This document shows, piece after piece, positions 30,443 to 38,045 of a stretch of 39,758 bases of DNA. This stretch comes from Shigella phage SfIV: sequence record KC814930. One strand, written 5' to 3'. The notes below the pieces were generated by a model. The model worked only from the letters and a program-made list of their open reading frames with translations, searched no databases and was not told where the DNA came from. Each line of letters starts with the position of its first letter. Within the stretch, counting starts at the first letter, position 1. The position numbers were made by a program, and so were the translations under genes.

Positions 30443-31384
30443 ATGAGCACTAAATTAACCGGCTATGTATGGGATGGTTGCGCAGCGTCAGGCATGAAAT
30501 TATCCAGCGTGGCAATTATGGCCCGCCTGGCTGATTTCAGTAATGACGAAGGTGTGTGCTGGCCATCAATTGAAACCATTGCCCGTCAGATTGGCGCGGG
30601 GATGAGTACCGTCAGAACGGCTATCGCACGGCTGGAAGCAGAAGGCTGGTTAACGCGTAAGGCGCGTCGCCAGGGTAACCGCAATGCGTCGAATGTTTAT
30701 CAGCTTAACGTTGCGAAGCTTCAGGCAGCGGCATTTTCTCAACTGTCAGATTCTGACCCGTCAAAATCTGACGCATCAAAATCTGACCCGTCAAAATTTG
30801 ATGCGTCGAAATCTGGCAAAAAAGCGGGTTTTCACCCGTCAGAATCTGGCGGGGATCCGTCAGTAAAATCAAAACATGATCCGTCAGATAAAAAAACTTC
30901 TCGTCCGGACGCTTCGCAACCGGACACGCAGACGGCTGAACAGGAGTTTTTAACTCGCCATCCTGATGCGGTTGTATTCAGCCCTAAAAAGCGCCAGTGG
31001 GGAACGCAGGATGATTTGACCTGCGCACAGTGGCTCTGGAAAAAAATCATCGCCCTGTACGAGCAGGCCGCCGAATGTGACGGCGAGGTGGTTCGTCCCA
31101 AAGAACCGAACTGGACAGCCTGGGCAAACGAAATTCGCCTGATGTGTGTGCAGGATGGTCGTACTCACAAACAAATCTGCGAGATGTACAGCCGCGTCAG
31201 CCGCGATCCGTTCTGGTGCCGTAACGTGCTCAGCCCGTCGAAGCTGCGGGAAAAATGGGATGAGCTTTCCCTGCGCTTATCGCCGTCCGTCAGCACGTAC
31301 ACAGAAAAACGCGAAGACCCGTACTTCAAAGCCAGTTACGACAACGTGGACTACAGCCAGATCCCGGCAGGATTCAGGGGGTGA
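30443..31384 (+). CDS. replication initiator (lambda O-like, iteron-binding)
   Basis: 313 aa; N-terminal HTH-like region; central low-complexity segment (SDSDPSKSDASKSDPSKFDASKSG) encoded by the iteron repeats. Confidence 0.7.
   Translation: MSTKLTGYVWDGCAASGMKLSSVAIMARLADFSNDEGVCWPSIETIARQIGAGMSTVRTAIARLEAEGWLTRKARRQGNRNASNVYQLNVAKLQAAAFSQLSDSDPSKSDASKSDPSKFDASKSGKKAGFHPSESGGDPSVKSKHDPSDKKTSRPDASQPDTQTAEQEFLTRHPDAVVFSPKKRQWGTQDDLTCAQWLWKKIIALYEQAAECDGEVVRPKEPNWTAWANEIRLMCVQDGRTHKQICEMYSRVSRDPFWCRNVLSPSKLREKWDELSLRLSPSVSTYTEKREDPYFKASYDNVDYSQIPAGFRG
30743..30897 (+). repeat. iteron array (candidate origin of replication) inside the O-like gene
   Basis: At least six direct copies of a ~15-bp unit (gacccgtcaaaatct, gacgcatcaaaatct, gacccgtcaaaattt, gatgcgtcgaaatct, cacccgtcagaatct, gatccgtcag...), followed by an A-rich run. 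Confidence 0.7.
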
Positions 31385-31386
31385 TC

Positions 31387-31875
31387 ATGAGTCTTTTGAA
31401 TGAAGTTCAGAAATACATTGAAGCCCATCCGGGGTGTACTTCCGGAGACATTGCGGATGCTTTTGCAGGTTACTCACGGCAGCGCGTTCTGCAGTCAGCA
31501 AGCAAGTTACGTCAGAGTGGGCGTGTGGCTCACCGTTGTGAAGGGGATACACGCAGACATTTCCCGCGCCTGACTGAGAGAGCGCAGGAGGCGGAACCGC
31601 AACCAGTTCGTGAAACCAGACCTGTGCGCAATTTCTATGTCGGCACTAACGACCCGCGGGAGATTTTGTGCCTGACCCGCCAGGCTGAAGAACTGGAGTC
31701 CAGGGGCTTATACCGTCGTGCTGCAACGGTGTGGATGGCGGCATTCCGTGAAAGCCACTCCCAGCCAGAACGAAACAATTTTCTGGCGCGTCGTGAGCAG
31801 TGTTTACGGAAAAGCAGCAAGCGCGCTGTATCGAGTGATGAGTGGTATCTGTCAGGGAATTACGTGGGGGCGTAA
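31387..31875 (+). CDS. PerC-family transcriptional regulator-like protein
   Basis: ATG at 31387; C-terminal half carries GLYRRAATVWMAAF, resembling the PerC/Pch core motif as I recall it; occupies the lambda P position. Confidence 0.45.
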   Translation: MSLLNEVQKYIEAHPGCTSGDIADAFAGYSRQRVLQSASKLRQSGRVAHRCEGDTRRHFPRLTERAQEAEPQPVRETRPVRNFYVGTNDPREILCLTRQAEELESRGLYRRAATVWMAAFRESHSQPERNNFLARREQCLRKSSKRAVSSDEWYLSGNYVGA

Positions 31876-32201
31876 TGACGACGTTAACTCAATGCCAGCA
31901 GCAGGTGCTGGATATGCTGATTTCTTATCAGAAAGAACGTGGCTTCCCGCCAACCAATCAGGAGGTGGCAACCATGCTGGGATACCGTTCGGTGAATGCA
32001 GCGGTGGAGCATCTTCGCGCACTGGAGAAAAAAGGCGTCATCACGATAAAGCGTGGTGTGGCCCGGGGGATCACGCTTCATACCGTGGTGAAGGACGACG
32101 ACAGCGAGGCGGTCGGGATTATCCGCTCACTGCTTGCCGGTGAGGAAAACGCCAGGCTGCGTGCAGCCCACTGGTTACATGAGAGGGGCCTGAAAGTATG
32201 A
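31875..32201 (+). CDS. LexA DNA-binding-domain-like protein (no S24 peptidase domain)
   Basis: ATG at 31875 overlapping the upstream stop; MTTLTQCQQQVLDMLISYQKERGFPPTNQEVATMLGYRSVNAAVEHLRALEKKGVITIKRGVARGI parallels the LexA N-terminal winged helix; only 108 aa. Confidence 0.65.
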   Translation: MTTLTQCQQQVLDMLISYQKERGFPPTNQEVATMLGYRSVNAAVEHLRALEKKGVITIKRGVARGITLHTVVKDDDSEAVGIIRSLLAGEENARLRAAHWLHERGLKV

Positions 32202-32593
32202 AGCTGATCCTTCCTTTTCCGCCCAGCGTGAACACGTACTGGCGACACCCCAACAAAGGGGCGTTTGCTGGTAAGAGCCTGATAAGCGCGGCGGGGTGAA
32301 AATTCCAGAGCGCGGCGTGCGCAGCAATAGTTGAGCAGTTACGTCGTCTGCCGAAACCAACGTCGGCACCTGCTTCAGTGGAGATCGTTTTGTTTCCTCC
32401 GGATAACCGGATCCGCGATCTGGACAACTATAACAAGGCGCTGTTTGACGCCCTGACCCACGCGGGTGTGTGGGAAGACGACAGTCAGGTGAAAAGAATG
32501 CTGGTGGAGTGGGGACCGGTTATCCCGGAGGGGAAGGTCGAGATCACTATCAGTAAGTACGAAAAAGCGAGTTGCAAATTAGCAACTCGGTAA
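32198..32593 (+). pseudogene. rusA: rusA-like Holliday junction resolvase with in-frame TGA at 32297..32299
   Basis: Reading from ATG 32198 gives MKLILPFPPSVNTYWRHPNKGAFAGKSLISAAG then TGA; the same frame continues with ...RDLDNYNKALFDALTHAGVWEDDSQV..., the RusA catalytic region. Confidence 0.65.
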
Positions 32594-32638
32594 CGGAATT
32601 GAGCAACACCCTAAATTTGGGTATTACCTCGTTAAAGA

Positions 32639-32658
32639 TACTGTATTTATGAACAGTA
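32639..32658 (+). promoter_or_regulatory. SOS box (LexA operator) upstream of the antirepressor gene
   Basis: tACTGTatttatgaACAGta: perfect CTGT-N8-ACAG core with flanking TA, about 100 nt upstream of the KilA-N gene start. Confidence 0.7.
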
Positions 32659-32755
32659 TATCCTTGATAACTATTAAAAATCGCAGTAAGTTCATCCTGC
32701 ATCAACGAAAAGGGAGTGCAGTCCCGCTCGTGGATAAAAATTTGTGGAGAAACCA

Positions 32756-33571
32756 ATGAATCAGTTGCTTGTAATTGATGGCGTTTCTGTGCGCCAGTAC
32801 TTCGAATCTAACTACTGTCTTAACGACCTTCAGAAAGCTGCTCTTCTTGCCGCTGGTGAGAATCGCTCCTCCCGTTCGCTGGAAGTTCACGAGTTTATGC
32901 GTCGTCCTGAAACGAAGGCTCTTGTGGAATTATTGGAAGAAGAAACTACGGGAGATTCCCGTAGTATTCCTGTCATCACCATTCAGGGGCGCAATGGTGG
33001 GACGTATGTCTGTAAAGAGCTGGTCTATGCATATGCAATGTGGATCAGCCCGGCATTCAGCTTAAAAGTGATACGTACTTTTGATGCGCTTCATAATTCA
33101 TCACCAGAAGAAACCACATCCGACAAAATTAAATCCGGGGTCATTCTGCTTGAATCAGCAGCAAAGACTCTAAATCTGTCAAACTCCTCGAAACTTGGTG
33201 CATACCAGAAATTATCAAAGGTAGCTGGTCTTCCTGAACTTATGCCGATCTATGCCATTGATGCACCTGCTGATGCGCCAGATGGTTCAAGCCGCCCTAC
33301 GCTGTCGCTGAGTGCACTGCTGAAGCAGTATGGTATCCGCCTGACGGCTAATCAGGCATATCACCAGATGGTGAAGCTGGGGATCGTCGAGCAGCGCGAA
33401 CGATACAGCCGTACCTCGATTAACAACATCAAAAAATTCTGGTCGCTGACAGCGAAAGGCTGCATGTTCGGCAAGAACATCACCAGTCCCGCAAATCCGC
33501 GCGAGACGCAGCCGCATTTCTTCGAATCCCGATTCCCTGAGCTGTTAAAGCTGCTCGATACCGTTCATTGA
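32756..33571 (+). CDS. KilA-N domain antirepressor-like protein
   Basis: ATG at 32756 with SD ggag; the N-terminal ~110 aa look like a KilA-N domain (recognised by eye); SOS box upstream. Confidence 0.6.
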   Translation: MNQLLVIDGVSVRQYFESNYCLNDLQKAALLAAGENRSSRSLEVHEFMRRPETKALVELLEEETTGDSRSIPVITIQGRNGGTYVCKELVYAYAMWISPAFSLKVIRTFDALHNSSPEETTSDKIKSGVILLESAAKTLNLSNSSKLGAYQKLSKVAGLPELMPIYAIDAPADAPDGSSRPTLSLSALLKQYGIRLTANQAYHQMVKLGIVEQRERYSRTSINNIKKFWSLTAKGCMFGKNITSPANPRETQPHFFESRFPELLKLLDTVH

Positions 33572-33572
33572 G

Positions 33573-34568
33573 GTGACTGTGAGAGCACTACTGACCCCTG
33601 AAATTGCCCCGCGTATGGGGATCGTATTGTTCAGACCTGGTTCAGAGCTGATGCCCCTGTTTATGCAGGGGCGTGTCCTGCTGGAGCCTGAGCCGGAACG
33701 TTATTCATCTTTCGCCAGCGGTGCCGTTCCGGCGGCATCACAACCGCTGGCGGATGATCCTGCCGTTCGGGCCGTGTTCCGCAATGAGGCAGTGATCCGT
33801 CGTGCTGGTGGCGTGGAATGTCTTGAAAGCTGGTTACTTCGTGAAAAAGGCTGCCAGTGGCCTCATTCCGACTGGCACAGCGAGAACATGACCACAATGC
33901 GACACGCTCCGGGCGCAATCCGTCTGTGCTGGCACTGCGATAACCAGCTGCGCGATCAGTTCACGGAACGGCTGGAATCAATGGCAACGGATAACTGTGC
34001 CCGCTGGGTGTTGTCTGTTGTGCGTCGGGATCTCGGTTTTGATGATAGTCACGTTGTGACAATGCCGGAACTGTGCTGGTGGCTGGTTCGTAATGACCTG
34101 GCGGATGCCTTACCGGAAAGTGCAGCCCGTAAGGCACTGAGATTACCAAAGCCTGTTGTGCCGTCTGTCACCCGGGAAAGTGACCTTGTGCCTTCGGTTC
34201 CTGCCACCAGCATCATCCAGGATAAGGCAAAAAAGGTGCTGGCGCTGAAAGTGGATCCGGAGTCGCCGGACTCTTTTATGTTACGCCCAAAACGTCGCCG
34301 CTGGGTTAACGAAAAGTACACGCGTTGGGTTAAGACGCAGCCGTGCGCATGTTGTGGAAAACCTGCTGATGATCCCCACCACCTGATAGGCCACGGTCAG
34401 GGGGGAATGGGTACAAAAGCGCATGACCTCTTTGTGTTGCCTTTGTGCAGAAAGCATCACGACGAGCTGCATGCGGATACCGTGGCATTTGAAGAGAAGT
34501 ATGGCTCTCAGCTGGAGCTGATATTTCGTTTTATCGATCGTGCGCTGGCAACTGGCGTGCTGGCCTGA
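33573..34568 (+). CDS. DUF968-type prophage protein with C-terminal Cys/His motif
   Basis: 331 aa; C-terminus CACCGKPADDPHHLIGHGQGGMGTKAHDLFVLPLCRKHHDELH is a zinc-binding/HNH-like signature. Confidence 0.5.
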   Translation: MTVRALLTPEIAPRMGIVLFRPGSELMPLFMQGRVLLEPEPERYSSFASGAVPAASQPLADDPAVRAVFRNEAVIRRAGGVECLESWLLREKGCQWPHSDWHSENMTTMRHAPGAIRLCWHCDNQLRDQFTERLESMATDNCARWVLSVVRRDLGFDDSHVVTMPELCWWLVRNDLADALPESAARKALRLPKPVVPSVTRESDLVPSVPATSIIQDKAKKVLALKVDPESPDSFMLRPKRRRWVNEKYTRWVKTQPCACCGKPADDPHHLIGHGQGGMGTKAHDLFVLPLCRKHHDELHADTVAFEEKYGSQLELIFRFIDRALATGVLA

Positions 34569-34585
34569 TTTTGTGGAGAAATTTG

Positions 34586-34948
34586 ATGCGTGATATTCAG
34601 ATGGTTCTTGAGCGTTGGGGGGGATGGGCTGCTAGTGATAATTCAGGCGTTGACTATTCTCCAATCGCAGCAGGATTTAAAGGGCTTTTACCACAAACAG
34701 GTAAAAACAGACTCTCATGTACTGATGCCGACGGATTAATCATTGAGGGGTGCCTTGCTCGGCTGAAGAAGAAAAAACCTTATGAGCATTCGTTACTAGT
34801 AGCACATTATTTGTATGGTCTTTCTAAGAGAAAAATTGCTAAAGAAAAGAAAAAGGACGAGAAACTTATACGCATTGAGATTAAAATGGCTGAAGGATTT
34901 ATCGAAGGTTGTCTTTCAATGTTGGATATTAGATTAGAAATGGATTGA
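34586..34948 (+). CDS. Q: late antiterminator Q
   Basis: ATG at 34586 with SD ggag; MRDIQMVLERWGGWAA... N-terminus; a late promoter/terminator pair lies downstream. Confidence 0.7.
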   Translation: MRDIQMVLERWGGWAASDNSGVDYSPIAAGFKGLLPQTGKNRLSCTDADGLIIEGCLARLKKKKPYEHSLLVAHYLYGLSKRKIAKEKKKDEKLIRIEIKMAEGFIEGCLSMLDIRLEMD

Positions 34949-34955
34949 AGAAAAC

Positions 34956-34985
34956 AAAAAGGCGGATTTCAATCCGCCTTTTTGT
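34956..34985. terminator. bidirectional rho-independent terminator
   Basis: aaaaaggcggatttcaatccgccttttt: 8-bp stem flanked by A-run and T-run, between the convergent Q and membrane-protein genes. Confidence 0.7.
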
Positions 34986-35240
34986 TTAATGAGTCTATAA
35001 ATTCTTTCGTTTTTTTATTCGCTTCAGCTCTGTGTAATAAGATGCTTTTAAATCTCTGTATTTCGCTGTTTATTGAGCTGATAAAGAAAAAAGAATACAT
35101 TGCAGCAGCAATGCCTCCTCCACAAGCAGATATAAAATATAGATAAACTATCGACTCTCTGGAAATAGCGAACATACCAATTGCTGGTGATGCTGCCAAC
35201 TTACTGATTTAGTGTATGATGGTGTTTTTGAGGTGCTCCA

Positions 35241-35516
35241 GTGGCTTCTGTTTCTATCAGCTGTCCCTCCTGTTCAGCTACTGACGGGGTGGTGCGTAAC
35301 GGCAAAAGCACCGCCGGACATCAGCGCTATCTCTGCTCTCACTGCCGTAAAACATGGCAACTGCAGTTCACTTACACCGCTTCTCAACCCGGTACGCACC
35401 AGAAAATCATTGATATGGCCATGAATGGCGTTGGATGCCGGGCAACAGCCCGCATTATGGGCGTTGGCCTCAACACGATTTTACGTCACTTAAAAAACTC
35501 AGGCCGCAGTCGGTAA
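35241..35516 (+). CDS. insA: IS1 InsA
   Basis: 91 aa, [43 protein letters not shown]... Confidence 0.9.
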
Positions 35517-35938
35517 CCTCGCGCATACAGCCGGGCAGTGACGTCATCGTCTGCGCGGAAATGGACGAACAGTGGGGCTATGTCGGGGCTAAATCGCGCC
35601 AGCGCTGGCTGTTTTACGCGTATGACAGTCTCCGGAAGACGGTTGTTGCGCACGTATTCGGTGAACGCACTATGGCGACGCTGGGGCGTCTTATGAGCCT
35701 GCTGTCACCCTTTGACGTGGTGATATGGATGACGGATGGCTGGCCGCTGTATGAATCCCGCCTGAAGGGAAAGCTGCACGTAATCAGCAAGCGATATACG
35801 CAGCGAATTGAGCGGCATAACCTAAATCTGAGGCAGCACCTGGCACGGCTGGGACGGAAGTCGCTGTCGTTCTCAAAATCGGTGGAGCTGCATGACAAAG
35901 TCATCGGGCATTATCTGAACATAAAACACTATCAATAA
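35435..35938 (+). CDS. insB: IS1 InsB frame (expressed as InsAB' by frameshift)
   Basis: 167-aa ORF overlapping the insA 3' end in the -1 frame. Confidence 0.9.
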
Positions 35939-36283
35939 GTTGGAGTCATTACCCCAATTGCTCCTGAAAAAGCAGCAATAAGATAAAAAAAGATAAGAAA
36001 TCCAAGATGTCTTTTTTTTGCATCAATTATCGGTCGTAATCTTCTTAGTTCATTATCTGATAGTGATGTGTTTTCGTCGGCTTCAGAAACTTTAAAAAAG
36101 GCTGCGATACAATAACTGAAAGGGAATGCTAATAAGGTTATTAATGACCATGGAGTAGATATGCCACTTAAGTCAATTTTTCTAGATGCAAAGTAAAATA
36201 TTGCAAACCCAAAAGCGAAGGCGGATAAGAATCTTATAATAAATTTAAAGAAGCTCATTTCCGCCTCCTGTTGGTTCTAGTTT

Positions 36284-37354
36284 TTAACTTTTACTTCTCC
36301 AGTTTGAACCTTTGAAGTCAGCCATTTGTAAATATAAATCATTTTCATCAATAAGTCCATTGTTATATTGGACGTTTACTTTACCGGATAGTTTTAAATC
36401 ACTGCCTTTAATTATGCCACCACCTTGAAGGTTTATACTAATATCTTCATTGTCTATATTTCTGAGTGAAGTTGCTAAAGTATCGAGTACACGTTGACCA
36501 TCTTTGTTTGTCTTGCGGAAATAGGTTATTTCTAGATTAACTTGTAAATTGGATTCATCAAGAGAATCTTCCAGTTGTAAATTATTAAACCATGCTTCGC
36601 CAAAAGCAGCTTTTATAATATCGCCACCTTTACCAGTTGGCATGAATTTTATTTTCTTAACTTTTTCGACCTGTTCTTTTATTGTTGTGGGGAGGTCGTT
36701 TGTGTTACTTATATTATTTATTTTAACTACATCTTCAGAATCAGAATTTTTGATTGGGATACTGCCGAAATTTATTTTCTTGACTGGACTTTCATGCATT
36801 TTTTTTATGGTGTCTTCAGTTGGTTTATCTTGAAGTACAAGGAAGTCGTCACCATTAAAAATAGTGCTAAATGAATGGATTAACCAATTAAGATGGCTTT
36901 CTATGTCTTTAGTCCTTAGAGCCGGTGATTGGACGATCATCACATGATTATCACGAATCCCAAAGTAAAGTATTGAATCAATAAATTCTCGTGTTATTTT
37001 TTGTTTTTCAGCTTCACTTATTTTTTCGTCTTCGGCTAATTTAATTTGCTTCGATGTTATAGCATTGATGTCATAATAATTGACATCATCAGCGATTGTC
37101 ATAAGTGTTTGGCTTTTACCTTGTTCAAACAAAATAAGTTGCCCGAATAACACTGTCTTGAAAGTGCTGCTGCGGTTAACCACTCTAAATCCACTATTGC
37201 TATCGGAGGGGTTAATCTGTTCTCTTCTTGCGCTAACTTTATAGGCTGCGCCATTTTCAGAAATTATAGATTCTATGATCTGTTGAAGCGTTGCTGTGCA
37301 ATTAGGGATGACTGCACGTTTATATTGAATGACCTTGCTGCGGCTTTCTTTCAT
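36284..37354 (-). CDS. hypothetical 356-aa protein, first gene of AT-rich two-gene module
   Basis: Long ORF with SD aaggaa upstream, very AT-rich, Lys/Asn/Ile-rich, no family or catalytic motif recognised by eye; immediately upstream of the split membrane gene. Confidence 0.6.
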   Translation of the reverse strand: MKESRSKVIQYKRAVIPNCTATLQQIIESIISENGAAYKVSARREQINPSDSNSGFRVVNRSSTFKTVLFGQLILFEQGKSQTLMTIADDVNYYDINAITSKQIKLAEDEKISEAEKQKITREFIDSILYFGIRDNHVMIVQSPALRTKDIESHLNWLIHSFSTIFNGDDFLVLQDKPTEDTIKKMHESPVKKINFGSIPIKNSDSEDVVKINNISNTNDLPTTIKEQVEKVKKIKFMPTGKGGDIIKAAFGEAWFNNLQLEDSLDESNLQVNLEITYFRKTNKDGQRVLDTLATSLRNIDNEDISINLQGGGIIKGSDLKLSGKVNVQYNNGLIDENDLYLQMADFKGSNWRSKS

Positions 37355-37464
37355 TAACTTTGTTCCTTATCTAGTTAATGTAATCATTTGATTTTTTGGT
37401 TTTTATGGTTTGGGTTGATATGATTTATAGGCAGTGGTTTCTTGTGTTCAATAAGATAAATCAA

Positions 37465-37510
37465 AAAGTTGAAAAAATCACTAACGCGGTCCGCATTTTC
37501 TAGATTACTG
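37465..37510 (+). promoter_or_regulatory. candidate late promoter (pR'-like)
   Basis: ttgaaa -35-like hexamer and downstream AT-rich -10 candidates about 50 nt upstream of a terminator and 250 nt upstream of the holin gene; exact hexamers uncertain. Confidence 0.3.
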
Positions 37511-37544
37511 TGTTAAGAGTGGTTACTTCGCCACACAGCTTAAA

Positions 37545-37571
37545 CCCGCCGTCGAGCGGGTTTTGTCGTTT
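37545..37571 (+). terminator. rho-independent terminator (tR'-like)
   Basis: aacccgc-cgtcga-gcgggtt followed by ttgtcgttt, upstream of the lysis genes where Q-dependent antitermination acts in lambdoid phages. Confidence 0.5.
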
Positions 37572-37715
37572 CTTGGGCTGGGGATTCGTTGGTCCTGGTC
37601 TATCCCACATTTATCCATTGACTCGGCTTCTTTGACGTTTCCGCTTCTGATGTGCGGTACGTGGTATTCCCTCAATTGGCACCTCCTGTATTGGCGAGGT
37701 GAGAGATAACTACAA

Positions 37716-38042
37716 ATGCCTCATAACCCAAATACTTGGCTGGAGTTGTTCCAGAGCTGGTGGCGTGGAGACACACCGCTGGGCGCAGTGATTATGTCGA
37801 TTGTTATGGCTGGTTTACGTATTGCCTATTTTGGCGGTGGTGGCGGCTGGAAGCGAAAAACACTCGAAATTCTACTCTGTGGCGCTCTGACGCTGACTTT
37901 TGCATCCGCTCTTGAGTATGTCGGATGGCCTAAATCACTATCTGTTGCCATTGGTGGTGGTGTGGGGCTGATCGGTGTTGATGCTATTCGTGGGGCTGCA
38001 ATGCGAGTAATCGGTAATAAGTTTGGTGGCTCTAAGGAGTAA
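37716..38042 (+). CDS. holin
   Basis: 108 aa with hydrophobic segments and charged C-terminus, first gene of the lysis cassette directly before the endolysin. Confidence 0.75.
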   Translation: MPHNPNTWLELFQSWWRGDTPLGAVIMSIVMAGLRIAYFGGGGGWKRKTLEILLCGALTLTFASALEYVGWPKSLSVAIGGGVGLIGVDAIRGAAMRVIGNKFGGSKE

Positions 38043-38045
38043 TTT

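Larger units (their letters stand above)
35186..35953 (+). mobile_element. IS1 (768 bp) with 9-bp target site duplication CCAATTGCT
   Basis: Starts ggtgatgctgccaacttactgatttag, ends ...gttggagtcattacc; identical 9-bp direct repeats at 35177..35185 and 35954..35962. Confidence 0.95.
34969..36258 (-). pseudogene. 4-TM membrane protein gene split by IS1 (5' part 35954..36258, 3' part 34969..35185)
   Basis: Removing IS1 and one TSD copy joins the two minus-strand ORFs in frame (...AFSGAIG + MFAISRESIVYLYFISACGGG...) into a ~170-aa protein with four predicted TM helices and a basic C-terminal tail. Confidence 0.7.

Noticed and set aside
30684-30866. 60-aa ORF with repetitive QNLT motif
   Set aside because: It is the alternative-frame reading of the iteron repeats inside the O-like gene; the periodicity comes from the DNA repeats.
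30743-30897. Possible CRISPR array
   Set aside because: Repeats are about 15 bp, imperfect, with no spacer-sized unique inserts; they lie inside a coding gene and no cas genes are present. An iteron array fits.
34969-37715. Shiga-toxin-like or other secreted virulence cargo between Q and the holin
   Set aside because: The Q-S interval holds cargo, but the genes are on the opposite strand and have no signal peptides or A/B toxin-like ORF pair; an exclusion-type module fits better.
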